A stretch of 63,585 bases of DNA, filler included. It is 8 parts of 8 records of this genome, joined end to end, with 100 filler letters (N's around TTAATTAATTAA, not from the genome) between each part and the next. Parts side by side here need not be neighbours in the genome. Positions count along the whole stretch, not along the records: positions 13,079 to 24,009 come from SRR31147125_39543; positions 24,110 to 29,460 come from SRR31147125_39547; positions 29,561 to 37,193 come from SRR31147125_39551; 5 more parts are not named here. One strand, written 5' to 3'. Numbering within the stretch: the stretch's first letter is position 1; every line of letters starts with the position of its first letter. The position numbers were made by a program, and so were the translations under genes. The notes beneath the pieces are model-generated. The model searched no databases. It saw only the letters and a program-made list of their open reading frames with translations, and had not been told where the DNA came from. Below are positions 19,929 to 30,153 of this stretch, in pieces.

Positions 19929-21425
19929 ATGCCACAAGATAATCAGATAATACTTGCCCTCGATGTTGGCACCACAAGTATGCGGGGAATTCTGTATAAT
20001 ATAAACGGCGATATTCTCTACGTAGTCCAGCAGGAGACAAGTCCGAACTTTCTGGAGAACGACAGAGTAGAGCAAGAACCGTTTGTCTGGAGTAAAGTTC
20101 TCTTCAAAATACTGCAGGACTCAGCTCAGTTCTGTGAATTGCAGAACCTTGAGGTTGCAGGGATATCTCTGACAGCCTTCCGTTCACCAGTATTTCCTGT
20201 CGACAAGACAGGCAAGCCACTCTACCCTGCCATCATGTGGCAGGATAAACGCACAGATGATATTGTTGAAGAGATGAAAGGTGTCAGCGACAAAGTATAT
20301 GACACCACAGGTCTACCGATAACCTCGGTCTTCTCAGGCGTGAAGATGAAGTGGCTCAAAGAAAACTGCCCAGAGATCTATAACAAGACTCATAAGATGG
20401 TCGGTGTCTATGAATTTCTCTTATACATTCTCTCAGGTCGCTTTGTAACCGATCACTCCATTGCCAGCAGGACAAATCTATTTGACCTCCAAAAACTTAC
20501 ATGGAATGAGGAGATGCTGAGCCTATTTGATATCAAACCAGAGCACCTCTGCGACCTGACCCCTCCGGGTTCTGTCTGCGGCACACTCCAGCTTGATACA
20601 GCCTCAGCAGCAGGTCTAACCTCCGGCATCCCGATTATCTGCGGTGGCGGAGACCAGCAGTGCGCAGCTCTCGGACTCGGTGTAATTGAGAACAACCAGA
20701 TAGCAGTAAACACCGGCACAGGCGCCTACTCTATAGGGCTCTCAGACAAACCGGTCTTTGATCCAAACCGCAAGATATACTGTAATGTATCGGCTATTGC
20801 CGGTAAATATATTGTAGAAGCCGGCATGCTGACAGGTGGAACAGTCTACCGCTGGATGTCAGAAGTATTCCTCTCACATGAGGTAGCGAGTAACGTAAAA
20901 TTCCTCGCTCTAAATTCAGGTGCAGAAAATTCTCCTCCCGGAGCCAGAGGCGTTATCCTTATTCCACGCTTCAAAGGACTGGCCGGAAGCAAATCCAGCC
21001 TCAAAGGCTGCTTTATCAACCTTGATCTCCATACAGATATGGGTGATATGGCAAGGGCGGTGATGGAAGGGATAGCCTTTGAGCAGAAAGATAATATAAA
21101 CCGTATAGCCGAGCTAACCAGTCCTATTAAAGAAGTCTTTGTCTCTGGTGGGCTGACCCGCTCGCCACTCTTCAATCAGATTCAGGCAGACATCTTCGAG
21201 AAGAATGTCATCTCTCTAGGCAGTGGTGAAGCAACCTCACTCGGTGCATGGATCAACGGTGCTGTCGCCACAGGCTTTTATTCTTCATATAAAGATATTA
21301 AAAAAGTTCTAGCCGACAAAAACCAGACAGTATACAACCCTTGTGAAGGTCACCTGGAACTGTACCGTAAAATTCACAGTACGAAAAACAAGCTTGTCAA
21401 AGCAATGGAATCTATAGAGGTATAG
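19929..21425 (+). CDS. FGGY family carbohydrate kinase
   Basis: LALDVGTTS, MWQDKR, GGGDQQCAALG and SGGLTRS motifs; substrate unknown. Confidence 0.9.
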   Translation: MPQDNQIILALDVGTTSMRGILYNINGDILYVVQQETSPNFLENDRVEQEPFVWSKVLFKILQDSAQFCELQNLEVAGISLTAFRSPVFPVDKTGKPLYPAIMWQDKRTDDIVEEMKGVSDKVYDTTGLPITSVFSGVKMKWLKENCPEIYNKTHKMVGVYEFLLYILSGRFVTDHSIASRTNLFDLQKLTWNEEMLSLFDIKPEHLCDLTPPGSVCGTLQLDTASAAGLTSGIPIICGGGDQQCAALGLGVIENNQIAVNTGTGAYSIGLSDKPVFDPNRKIYCNVSAIAGKYIVEAGMLTGGTVYRWMSEVFLSHEVASNVKFLALNSGAENSPPGARGVILIPRFKGLAGSKSSLKGCFINLDLHTDMGDMARAVMEGIAFEQKDNINRIAELTSPIKEVFVSGGLTRSPLFNQIQADIFEKNVISLGSGEATSLGAWINGAVATGFYSSYKDIKKVLADKNQTVYNPCEGHLELYRKIHSTKNKLVKAMESIEV

Positions 21426-21475
21426 AGTAGCTGGTAGATTTTTTAATCAGAAAATAATAAAAGGTAGATATTATC

Positions 21476-22174
21476 ATGGATTTTAAAAAACTTAAAGAAG
21501 AGACCTGCATAGGAAACCTTGAGTTGGTAAAGCACGGTCTGGTAAAGCTTACCTGGGGAAACCTCTCACTGGTAGATGAAACAGGTGAATATTTCGCAAT
21601 CAAACCGAGTGGAGTCGCTTATGACAAACTCACACCGGATGATATAGTTGTTATGGATTTTGACGGGAATGTAGTTGAAGGCGAATGTCGCCCAAGCTCA
21701 GACACCCCTACCCATGTATTATTACTCAAAGCTTGGAAGGATAAAGGCGTACGCTCACTCGTACATACCCACTCTACAGTAGCAACAGCTTTTGCTCAGG
21801 CAGAAAAAGAGATTCCCTGCTTCGGCACAACTCACGCCGACCACTTCAACGGCTCTACTCCACTAACCAGAGTACTTACCAAGAAGGAGGTCGAAGAAGC
21901 CTATGAAGAGAACACTGGCAGAGTAATTCTTGAACGCTTCCTCAATCTCAACCCACTCGAATTCCCTGGTGTGCTAGTTGCCGGACACGCCCCGTTCACT
22001 TGGGGCAAAGATGTAAACTATGCAGTAAATAACAGCGTGGCTCTAGAGGAGATAGCCAATATGGCTATGGCGACACTGAGTATCAATGCTGCAGCTACTC
22101 CGATACCGGATTACGTCCTCAATAAGCACTACACCCGCAAACACGGCAAGAATGCTTACTACGGACAGAACTAA
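21476..22174 (+). CDS. araD: L-ribulose-5-phosphate 4-epimerase
   Basis: TWGNLS, IKPSGV, PSSDTPTH, HTHS, GTTHADHF and KHGKNAYYGQ motifs. Confidence 0.95.
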   Translation: MDFKKLKEETCIGNLELVKHGLVKLTWGNLSLVDETGEYFAIKPSGVAYDKLTPDDIVVMDFDGNVVEGECRPSSDTPTHVLLLKAWKDKGVRSLVHTHSTVATAFAQAEKEIPCFGTTHADHFNGSTPLTRVLTKKEVEEAYEENTGRVILERFLNLNPLEFPGVLVAGHAPFTWGKDVNYAVNNSVALEEIANMAMATLSINAAATPIPDYVLNKHYTRKHGKNAYYGQN

Positions 22175-22257
22175 ATACGCTTGCACTGGCAACTGAAGAC
22201 AGGTTAATTTCAGCCAGTTTGCTAAATTCCGACTATCACACACACATATAGTCTGAG

Positions 22258-22295
22258 AGAGGACATGCTGTTTGCTCAGCATGTCCTCTTTTTTT
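22258..22295 (+). terminator. Rho-independent terminator of the ulaD-araD operon
   Basis: 13-bp stem AGAGGACATGCTG / CAGCATGTCCTCT, 6-nt loop, followed by a T-run. Confidence 0.85.
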
Positions 22296-22346
22296 AAATC
22301 ATCTTCAGCATAATCACGACCTGCTTCAAACCTGCTTAACTCTCAC

Positions 22347-23132
22347 TCAGTCAGCCAATCCATCTTCTGCCACAATCACTTCTACTCCCAGCTCTTCAAG
22401 TTCCCTGCAAAATTCTTTATCAATACTCGAATCAGTGATAAAGGTATTTATCTCATTGATGCTGCAGATATTGAATATCCCGCCATGATTCACCTTCCCA
22501 CTATCTGCAACCAGCACTCTCGTCTCAGCATTCTGAATAAGAATCTTGGCGATATTGGCAGCTTCATGACTGTTATTCTCCAGCCCTCTGCTGGATACTC
22601 CCCCAACACTGATAAAGGCAATCTTTGCAAAATACTGTGCCAGCGACCTCTCCGCAGGTGCTCCTACAATAGAAAAAGTATTGGTATCAATCTTACCATT
22701 AGGAACATAAATATTAATATTTGGATGCTTAATAAGAATATTAAGAATATTTATAGAATTCGTAATAACCGTCAGTTTGAGGTTCTCAGGGATATTGTTA
22801 GCTATCTGCTCGACAGTTGTACCTGTATCAAACATGATTGAATCACCATAATTGATAAGCTTCGCAGCAGCCTTACCGATCATAATCTTCTTGTAAAGTT
22901 TGCTTTTCTTATCAATATGTAGCGGCATATCCATCCCACTACGCTTCTTCTTCTTTGCTCCTCCATGACAGCGCTCAATTTCACCTTCTTCATGGAGTTC
23001 ATTGAGATCTGTACGGATACTCATCTCACTTACTGAATATAGCTCTGCAAGCTCAGAGACAGAAACATATTCCCGCTCATTGATCATCTCTGCTATCTGC
23101 TTATGACGTTTTGATTTGCTGACTTTATCCAT
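22347..23132 (-). CDS. DeoR/GlpR (AgaR-like) transcriptional regulator
   Basis: VSEMSIRTDL...RCHGGA HTH; DTGTT, VITNS and VADSGK sensor-domain motifs. Confidence 0.93.
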   Translation of the reverse strand: MDKVSKSKRHKQIAEMINEREYVSVSELAELYSVSEMSIRTDLNELHEEGEIERCHGGAKKKKRSGMDMPLHIDKKSKLYKKIMIGKAAAKLINYGDSIMFDTGTTVEQIANNIPENLKLTVITNSINILNILIKHPNINIYVPNGKIDTNTFSIVGAPAERSLAQYFAKIAFISVGGVSSRGLENNSHEAANIAKILIQNAETRVLVADSGKVNHGGIFNICSINEINTFITDSSIDKEFCRELEELGVEVIVAEDGLAD

Positions 23133-23160
23133 ATCTAAATCTTTCAGACAAAACTACAAT

Positions 23161-23213
23161 GAAAGCTATTCTTTCGATTCAGCCATCTGACAAGGGGCTT
23201 TCTTTCGCTTTCG
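23161..23213. promoter_or_regulatory. Candidate DeoR/AgaR-type operator (CTTTC repeats)
   Basis: GAAAG-N5-CTTTC palindrome at 23161-23175 and tandem CTTTCTTTCGCTTTCG at 23198-23213, just upstream of the DeoR start. Confidence 0.45.
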
Positions 23214-23628
23214 CTCATATAACACAACTATAATATCTTACTGTTTCTTCTAAAAAATCCATATAAAATATTATATCATAAAAATTGTTTTCTAACAGAA
23301 GCCCCTATTAATTGCATTTGAACAACATAACTAAAAATATAAACTAAGAAAATGTTAGAATAAAATTATTTTCCTGACAATATATTTAAAAAAAATATGC
23401 TGTTCTGTTATAATTTAATTAACAATCTATACTGAAATATCTCAGCTGTTCAGGAAATAGCATCCTTCATCACCATGAATCTATTTAATCATGGGAGTTT
23501 ATGCATTACTTCTTTTTCGCACAGTAAAAGATTCGCCTATATAAAGCGATAAGCTTGCTTAGTGTCAAAGCACCTGCAATACCTTTAAAGGTTTTATAGA
23601 TCTCTACTATCATAAATGGAAAAACCAC

Positions 23629-24009
23629 ATGAACGAGCCGCATTTATATATATTGAACAAAGCCGCACTCAGCAGATATTGTATCCTGCTTGGATTATTA
23701 CCAATGATCTTCCTATCGGCTGCAGCAGCAGAACCTTCTGCAAAATCACTCGAACTAACTGCCGAGGAGCAGGAATACATCCGCACCAACCCATCTTTCA
23801 GCGTCGGCAACGAGATGGACTGGCCACCCTATGACTTCAATGAACTCGGCACTCCTAAAGGTCTCTGCATAGATTTTGTTAAAATGCTTGCTGAGAAAGC
23901 AGGTCTCAAAATAAATTTTGTTATTGGTCATAGCTGGTCAGAAATCCTTACGAGATTCAAAGGTGGTAAAATAGATGTTCTGCCTGTTTTATATAAGTTC
24001 CCTGAAAGA
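23629..24009 (+). CDS. Periplasmic binding-protein (SBP family 3) domain protein, probably the N-terminus of a sensor; truncated
   Basis: Signal/TM segment, LTAEEQEYI, DWPPYDF, GLCIDFV and GKIDVL; runs into the spacer. Confidence 0.75.
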
Positions 24010-24109
24010 NNNNNNNNNNNNNNNNNNNNNNNNNNNNNNNNNNNNNNNNNNNNTTAATTAATTAANNNNNNNNNNNNNNNNNNNNNNNNNNNNNNNNNNN
24101 NNNNNNNNN
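24010..24109. other. Artificial contig spacer
   Basis: N44-TTAATTAATTAA-N44. Confidence 0.97.
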
Positions 24110-24135
24110 CATAAACGGCAATATTGCCGTTTATG
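24110..24135. repeat. Perfect 26-bp palindrome upstream of nrpR
   Basis: CATAAACGGCAAT|ATTGCCGTTTATG, beginning at the first base of the contig. Confidence 0.8.
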
Positions 24136-24250
24136 AATAAATCGAGAGAAACTTTGCTTATGTCCTTATAATACTGTGTATACCCGTAGCCGGTAATCTG
24201 TCGATGGGGAAGCCTTGCTAAATGCCGTTGATAGAGGCTACTATAGCTGT

Positions 24251-25255
24251 ATGAGCAGAGAAGAAAAAATTCTGAAGATCAAAAGACTGATTTTGCGGAT
24301 GCTTGCTGAATCTAATTCGCCAATGAACAGCATCCAGATCACGGAAAAAATGATCAGTGAAGGCAACGACATCAGCGAACGAAGCGTTCGGCTCTACCTG
24401 AATAAGCTTGATGAAGAACGCCTGACCATCTCTCATGGAAAGAAAGGGCGAGAAATTACCAGAAAGGGTCTGGATGAGATAAACGCCGAACAGTTGCTTG
24501 AACGTGTAGGATACATGTCGGCAAAAATTGATAATATGATCTACCAGATGAGTTTCGATTTGGCCTTGCGACGGGGCACGGTTGCCGTAAATCTTGCAAT
24601 AGTGGAAAAAGAGATTTTCCTGCAAAAACTGGATATGATTTGCCAGGTATTTGCCCAGGGATACGCGATGGGTAATCTTGTTGGACTACTGCACCCGGAG
24701 GAGAAGCTCGGTGATATCACAATCCCTTCCGGACATATAGGATTCTGCACCGTCTGTTCGGTAACGCTTAATGGAGTTCTTCTGAAACACGGTATCCCTA
24801 CTCGCTCCATTTTCAGCGGGCTGCTGGATATAGAAGATGGTAAGGCAAAAATGTTCTCTGAACGCATAAACTACGACGGAACAAGTATAGATCCACTGCA
24901 GCTGTTCATCAGGGCCCGCCTCACAAACTATGTAGGGGCAATAACGGATGGAACAGGAAGAATCGGCGCCGGCTTCCGGGAAATACCCGAATCAAGTTAT
25001 GATCTGGCAAACTCACTATCTGAAAAACTGGAAACTCTTGGGCTAAAGGCATTCCTTGAAATCGGTAAACCATCAAAAGAGCTGCTTAATATACCAGTGA
25101 CGGAAGGCAGCTGCGGCATTATTGTAATCGGCGGCTTGAATCCCGTCGCGATCCTTGAGGAAACCGGAGCGGAAGTAACGCACTATGCCCTCTCCGGACT
25201 GATGGAATACAACAGCTTGTTCCATTACTCCGAACTGGAAAAACGACTGCTCTGA
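24251..25255 (+). CDS. nrpR: NrpR-type nitrogen regulator (winged HTH plus one NRD/DUF128 domain)
   Basis: SERSVRLYL...GREIT HTH, then TVCSVTLNGVLLKHGIP, YDGTSIDP and GGLNPVA NRD motifs. Confidence 0.85.
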   Translation: MSREEKILKIKRLILRMLAESNSPMNSIQITEKMISEGNDISERSVRLYLNKLDEERLTISHGKKGREITRKGLDEINAEQLLERVGYMSAKIDNMIYQMSFDLALRRGTVAVNLAIVEKEIFLQKLDMICQVFAQGYAMGNLVGLLHPEEKLGDITIPSGHIGFCTVCSVTLNGVLLKHGIPTRSIFSGLLDIEDGKAKMFSERINYDGTSIDPLQLFIRARLTNYVGAITDGTGRIGAGFREIPESSYDLANSLSEKLETLGLKAFLEIGKPSKELLNIPVTEGSCGIIVIGGLNPVAILEETGAEVTHYALSGLMEYNSLFHYSELEKRLL

Positions 25256-25283
25256 CCACAGCAGAATAGAGCGGAGATACACT

Positions 25284-26054
25284 GTGTATATAATAATCGG
25301 TATTGTATTCCTGTTTGCGTGCGGCGCGATATGCGGCTGGATTCTTGAGCTGTTCTTTAGAAGATTTGTATCACAGAAACACTGGGTAAATCCCGGTTTT
25401 CTCAACGGTCCTTACCTGCCCCTCTACGGATTTTCCACCGTAATGCTCTATTGGATATCACAGCTCCAAATCGCACTTTGGCTGCAAATTATTATCTTTC
25501 TGGCTGTTCCTACCCTGTTCGAGCTGATAACCGGGCTTGTGTTCATTCATTTTTTTAATATCCGTTTGTGGGATTATTCAAATCAACCGCTTAATTTCAA
25601 AGGAGTAATCTGCCCGATTTTTTCCATCATCTGGGGAGGTTTGGGAATCCTTTTCAAACAGTTCGCTTATCCTGTGCTGTATGACCGCTTGGATTACCTG
25701 GTACGGCATCCTGAGCTGTCGTTCTTCGTAGGGACCTTTCTCGGAATTATAATCCTTGATGCCATCAATTCATTCGATGTTGCCAATCAGATTCGTAAGA
25801 AAATCACTGAAACTGGACATCGTTTCCAGGTAAATTACGAAAAACTGAAGCTGGAGGTCCGGCTGTGGACCAGGGAGCATACGAACAGAAATATGTATAA
25901 TCGTTTTATGACTCCCTTCAACGGTAAAGCAAGAGGCGGGCTCGTCCATTCAATTGAGAAACAGCTTGATGGGATACTGCAGAAAAATCCGGTTCTGAAA
26001 CGGCTCCAGGAAAAAGTACTTCTAGAGCGGCGAAGGAAAGGGGATAAAGAGTAG
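25284..26054 (+). CDS. Putative ABC-transporter-type membrane protein (DUF1113/CmpB-like)
   Basis: GWILE, NPGFLNGPYLPLYG and LWDYS...NFKGVICP motifs. Confidence 0.78.
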   Translation: MYIIIGIVFLFACGAICGWILELFFRRFVSQKHWVNPGFLNGPYLPLYGFSTVMLYWISQLQIALWLQIIIFLAVPTLFELITGLVFIHFFNIRLWDYSNQPLNFKGVICPIFSIIWGGLGILFKQFAYPVLYDRLDYLVRHPELSFFVGTFLGIIILDAINSFDVANQIRKKITETGHRFQVNYEKLKLEVRLWTREHTNRNMYNRFMTPFNGKARGGLVHSIEKQLDGILQKNPVLKRLQEKVLLERRRKGDKE

Positions 26055-26100
26055 CTGCCAATACTTATTATTCAAATATACCAGTTATTCTCAACTCAAA

Positions 26101-27008
26101 TCAGGTCCAAAGCATCAGTAATATAGGAATGGTGACGAGCGAAGCAATCGTCGGGATAACCACAAGTTGTGCCGTTTTCTCAGCATTCCTGTTGTATCGA
26201 TCAGCCAGAACTATTGAGAAAGCTGCTCCAGGTGCAGCGGTATGTATAAGGAGAATCGTCCATATATCGGTACTGTGAAGATCAGTCAGTTTCAAAACAG
26301 CCATGACAATCAGTGGAATTACACAAAGCGAATACAGTATTACCAGCAGGATTGTTTTTATATTTTTTCGTAAACCATCCAGTGAAAATCTACAGGAAGC
26401 TCCCAACAAAAGCAAAGCCAAAGGTATCGTAAGATTTCCCACACTTTGCAGAGATCGGTCTATCAATACAGGAAACTGAACACTAGTCAAACCCAGCACG
26501 ATACCTAGACAAAGTGCAATCAAAGGCGGCTGCAGTAGTTTTCTGAACAGAGAAACTCTTTTTGATCTAAAACCATGGGACAGATTGTCCAGAATGCCAG
26601 ATCATGTACTAAAGAGAAAAGAAATGAAAAGACAACACCAACAGAACCAAAAAGAGCAGCTGAAATCGGCAATGCAACATAGGTAATATTCTTAAAAACA
26701 GCCGTAATACGTACCATTTCCGGTTCATCAGAGCCTGCTGCCAAGGTCAGCAACTTACTGGAAAACCATTGAAACAATATTACAATGAAAGCTGCTCCAA
26801 GGAAGAATCCGACCTGATTACCATTGATCTGACCTAGTGCATCCGTGAGCGCATACACAATTAAAGCTGGTGTGGTAACATTCACCAGCAAACCGGAAAT
26901 CCCCTTTTGCAACTCCTGCTTAAACAGGCCGAAAAAATTCAGAACCAGCCCTAAAACCATCAATATGGCCATTTCAGCCAAAGCCGCCAGCAGAGTACTC
27001 ATCTCCAT
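26101..27008 (-). CDS. AEC (auxin efflux carrier) family transporter (one frameshift)
   Basis: Two hydrophobic ORFs (NVTTPALI, NITYVALP; TIPLALLLLG, AAPGA) join if one T is added to the T5 run at 26559-26563. Confidence 0.8.
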
Positions 27009-28519
27009 TATGCTTCAGCCACCCTTGGCATTGGTAGCAGCGCTTTATCCATCTCAGCCCATATAGCCTGTCTGATGAGAAGTTCCCTGGTTTCCGCATA
27101 TTCCGGTCGATCCCATACATTATCCAGTTCTCCAGGATCTTTTTTCAAGTCATACAGCTCACCATATTCCCGATGATAATAGATGGTCAGCTTATAGCGG
27201 GCATCTATGTAGGTTCTCAGGTTCACTGTAGTAGGTTCATGCTGATTTTCACAGATAAGGGTTGTCCTGAATCCGTTCTCAGGTTGTTTCAGCAATGGTG
27301 TCATATCTCGACCTGACACCATACCCGGCATATCGCACCCGCTCAACGCGAGGAATGTCGGTGCGATATCGATGAGCGAAAGCAGTGAGTCTGAAATCAG
27401 TCCTTCCGGGATTAAATCCGGACAGGCGGCAATAAAGGGTACCTTTATACCATCATCATAATGAAATGCCCCCTTGGCCGTCAGACCGTGATGGCCGAGG
27501 TAGTGTCCATGATCCGATGTAAATACAACCAGAGTCGAATCCAGCTGTCCATTATCCTCGAGCTTATCCAGAATTTTCCCGATATAGTGATCCATCATCG
27601 AAACCATTCCATAGTAGATAGCCAGATCTTTTCGCAATTCTTCCTCGTCTTCCAGATGACAATGGAATCCGTGTATCTGCTTGCCTGTTTCTCTAAAACG
27701 GGAGAAATCCGGTTTTAGCTTTTGGGTTTCCTGAATATGGGGAGGGCTGTTTTCATGTTCACCCGCAACAGCCTGTGAGAGTGTCAGGGCTGCGGGATCA
27801 TACATCGATGCCCAGGGCTCAGGAATAAAATAATCTGGGTGCGGATCGAAGAAACTTGCCCAGAGAAAAAACTGCTGTCCATTTTCTTTGTACATATCGA
27901 GCCAGGAATTTGTTCTTTCAGTTATCCATGTATTGTAGTGGTACTCTTCCGGAATCAGCCAGATACGTTTTTCGTTTTCATCCATGCGTCCTGTAGGAGG
28001 CAGGAAGTAGTCACGCCAATTATCACAACCCCTTTCCTCCATCCAAAGTGCATAATGCTGTCCGGCATGTGCCTCATTTGTGTGGTTTCGTGCCAACTCA
28101 ACATGGTCAAATCCGTAAAAGGGACCATTGAAGTCCCGCCAGAAATCAAGATCCTGCAGAATGGGATATGCCTCCAGAGATTCAAATTCATCTGTTGAAG
28201 CCAACGGCTGGAAATGGGCCTTCCCAATGAGTGTGCTGTGCATTCCCTGCTCCCGCATCATATCACCTATGACCGGGACACTCTCAGGAAGTTTGGTTCC
28301 CAATGACCAGGCTCCATGTTGAGATGGATATAGTCCTGTAATAAGTGAAGCACGTGTTGGTGTACAGGTTGGATTTACGGTATAAGCTCTGGTAAATAGT
28401 GTACCTCTATCAGCTAACCGATCCAGATTCGGCGTGCTGATTTCGGGATTGAGTTTTCCCAGCGTCATCCAATGCTGCTGATCACTGGTTATAAACAGAA
28501 TATTTTTTCTGTGCGGCAT
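27008..28519 (-). CDS. Cys-type (formylglycine-dependent) sulfatase, cytoplasmic
   Basis: NILFITSDQQ, CTPTRASLITG (CxPxR), GKAH, DPH and SDHG motifs; no signal peptide. Confidence 0.93.
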   Translation of the reverse strand: MPHRKNILFITSDQQHWMTLGKLNPEISTPNLDRLADRGTLFTRAYTVNPTCTPTRASLITGLYPSQHGAWSLGTKLPESVPVIGDMMREQGMHSTLIGKAHFQPLASTDEFESLEAYPILQDLDFWRDFNGPFYGFDHVELARNHTNEAHAGQHYALWMEERGCDNWRDYFLPPTGRMDENEKRIWLIPEEYHYNTWITERTNSWLDMYKENGQQFFLWASFFDPHPDYFIPEPWASMYDPAALTLSQAVAGEHENSPPHIQETQKLKPDFSRFRETGKQIHGFHCHLEDEEELRKDLAIYYGMVSMMDHYIGKILDKLEDNGQLDSTLVVFTSDHGHYLGHHGLTAKGAFHYDDGIKVPFIAACPDLIPEGLISDSLLSLIDIAPTFLALSGCDMPGMVSGRDMTPLLKQPENGFRTTLICENQHEPTTVNLRTYIDARYKLTIYYHREYGELYDLKKDPGELDNVWDRPEYAETRELLIRQAIWAEMDKALLPMPRVAEA

Positions 28520-28552
28520 ATATACCTCCTGAACAGTCGTAGAATATCTGGA

Positions 28553-29460
28553 TTAATGATACTCAGGCAGCCAATCTCCATGGGCTTCGATTAAATCGTC
28601 ACAGAGACTGACAATCTGGTCAAGAGATAGTTCAGCCGCGGTGTGCGGATCAAGCATTGCGGCCTGGTAAATATAATCGCGCTTTCGTGTTACAGCCGCC
28701 TCTTCCGCCAGCAGCTGCGTGTTGATATTCGTACGATTCAAGGCTGCACATTGAACCGGCAGCGATCCCATATGACATGGTGTTATGCTACCCTTTTCGG
28801 CAACACACGTTACCTCAACCATCGCCTCTTTCGGCAGGTTGTCGATAAGACCGCTGTTACGTACATTACCGGCAAAGACATAAGGACTACCCGTCACCAG
28901 AGCTTCGATAATGTAGGAAGCATATTCTTTGGATCGTTCATGCTCAATAGCTGCACCATCAAGCAATTCCTGTTTCATACGATCCCAATCTTCGGTCTGC
29001 TTAATACAACGGCGGGGATATTCATCAAGATTAATGTTGTACTGTTTCAGAAGATCTGCCCTGCCTTCCTTAATAAACCATGGGGTATATTCGGCATTAT
29101 GTACACTGGATTCGGTAACGTAATACCCGAATTTCCGCATAATTTCATAGCGGACCATATCGTCATGAGGCGTTCCCCTTTCAAAAGCTTTCCGCTTTAT
29201 TTCCGGATAGATATCCCGACCGTCACGTTCAATTTCCAGAACCCATGCCATATGGTTTATTCCATAAACCGTGGCTGTTACCCCTTCAAGATCCATATGC
29301 AGCGGTTCAAGCAACTCCGGAAGCATCTCCTGCACGCTGTGGCACAATCCAACAGTCCGCATGGGTGAAAGGCGTAATAGCGCTCCGGTTACGATGGCCA
29401 TCGGATTCACATAGTTAATAAATATAGCGCCGGGACTCAGCCTTTCCAGTGTTTTCAAAA
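28553..29460 (-). CDS. melA: GH4 alpha-galactosidase/glucosidase, 5' truncated
   Basis: INYVNPM, VGLCHSVQ, GINHMAW, VTESS.HNAEY and AAMLDPHTAAELS motifs. Confidence 0.88.
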
Positions 29461-29560
29461 NNNNNNNNNNNNNNNNNNNNNNNNNNNNNNNNNNNNNNNN
29501 NNNNTTAATTAATTAANNNNNNNNNNNNNNNNNNNNNNNNNNNNNNNNNNNNNNNNNNNN
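29461..29560. other. Artificial contig spacer
   Basis: N44-TTAATTAATTAA-N44. Confidence 0.97.
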
Positions 29561-29599
29561 TTTTTTATGCTAAAATATCATTGAAAAGAGGTGATTTTT

Positions 29600-29977
29600 A
29601 TGGTTACAACTGGTTTAATTTTAGGTTTAATATATTATACACTAACGATTTTTCTTCATTTACTTATTATTGGGAAAGTTATATCATATAATGATGTAAA
29701 TGGCGGGAGAAGCTCATCGTATGAAGCACAAAGAAAAACATCTATATTTAGCATAGTCATATTATTGACAGGGATAATGTATTTAATTTCTAACTTATTA
29801 TTTAGTGATTTTAGTGATAGTTTATTGAATCATATAATAATTGGAATATTGAGTTTCTATTGGTTGATAGGCTTTTTTATGCAATTATTGGGAACAAAAT
29901 TCGAAAGATACTATTTGAGTTGGTTAGTCATCATAGGTGTGATTTCACATATATTAGTATTTGTTGGACTTTTTTAA
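29600..29977 (+). CDS. Hypothetical membrane protein (about 4 TM)
   Basis: 125 aa hydrophobic ORF; ATG behind GAGGTG. Confidence 0.7.
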   Translation: MVTTGLILGLIYYTLTIFLHLLIIGKVISYNDVNGGRSSSYEAQRKTSIFSIVILLTGIMYLISNLLFSDFSDSLLNHIIIGILSFYWLIGFFMQLLGTKFERYYLSWLVIIGVISHILVFVGLF

Positions 29978-30153
29978 TATTTTCTAAGTTCAGATAATAC
30001 TGAGATTACATTCATTGTTAGTTTATAGAATTCTACGTTAAACACATATTATGATCACTATGAATTTGATTGTCTTTGTCTTATAGTATCTATGATTAAT
30101 ATTTCATAAGTAATTTCCAAAACAATTGACTATTATTAATAGAGGTGAGAGTT

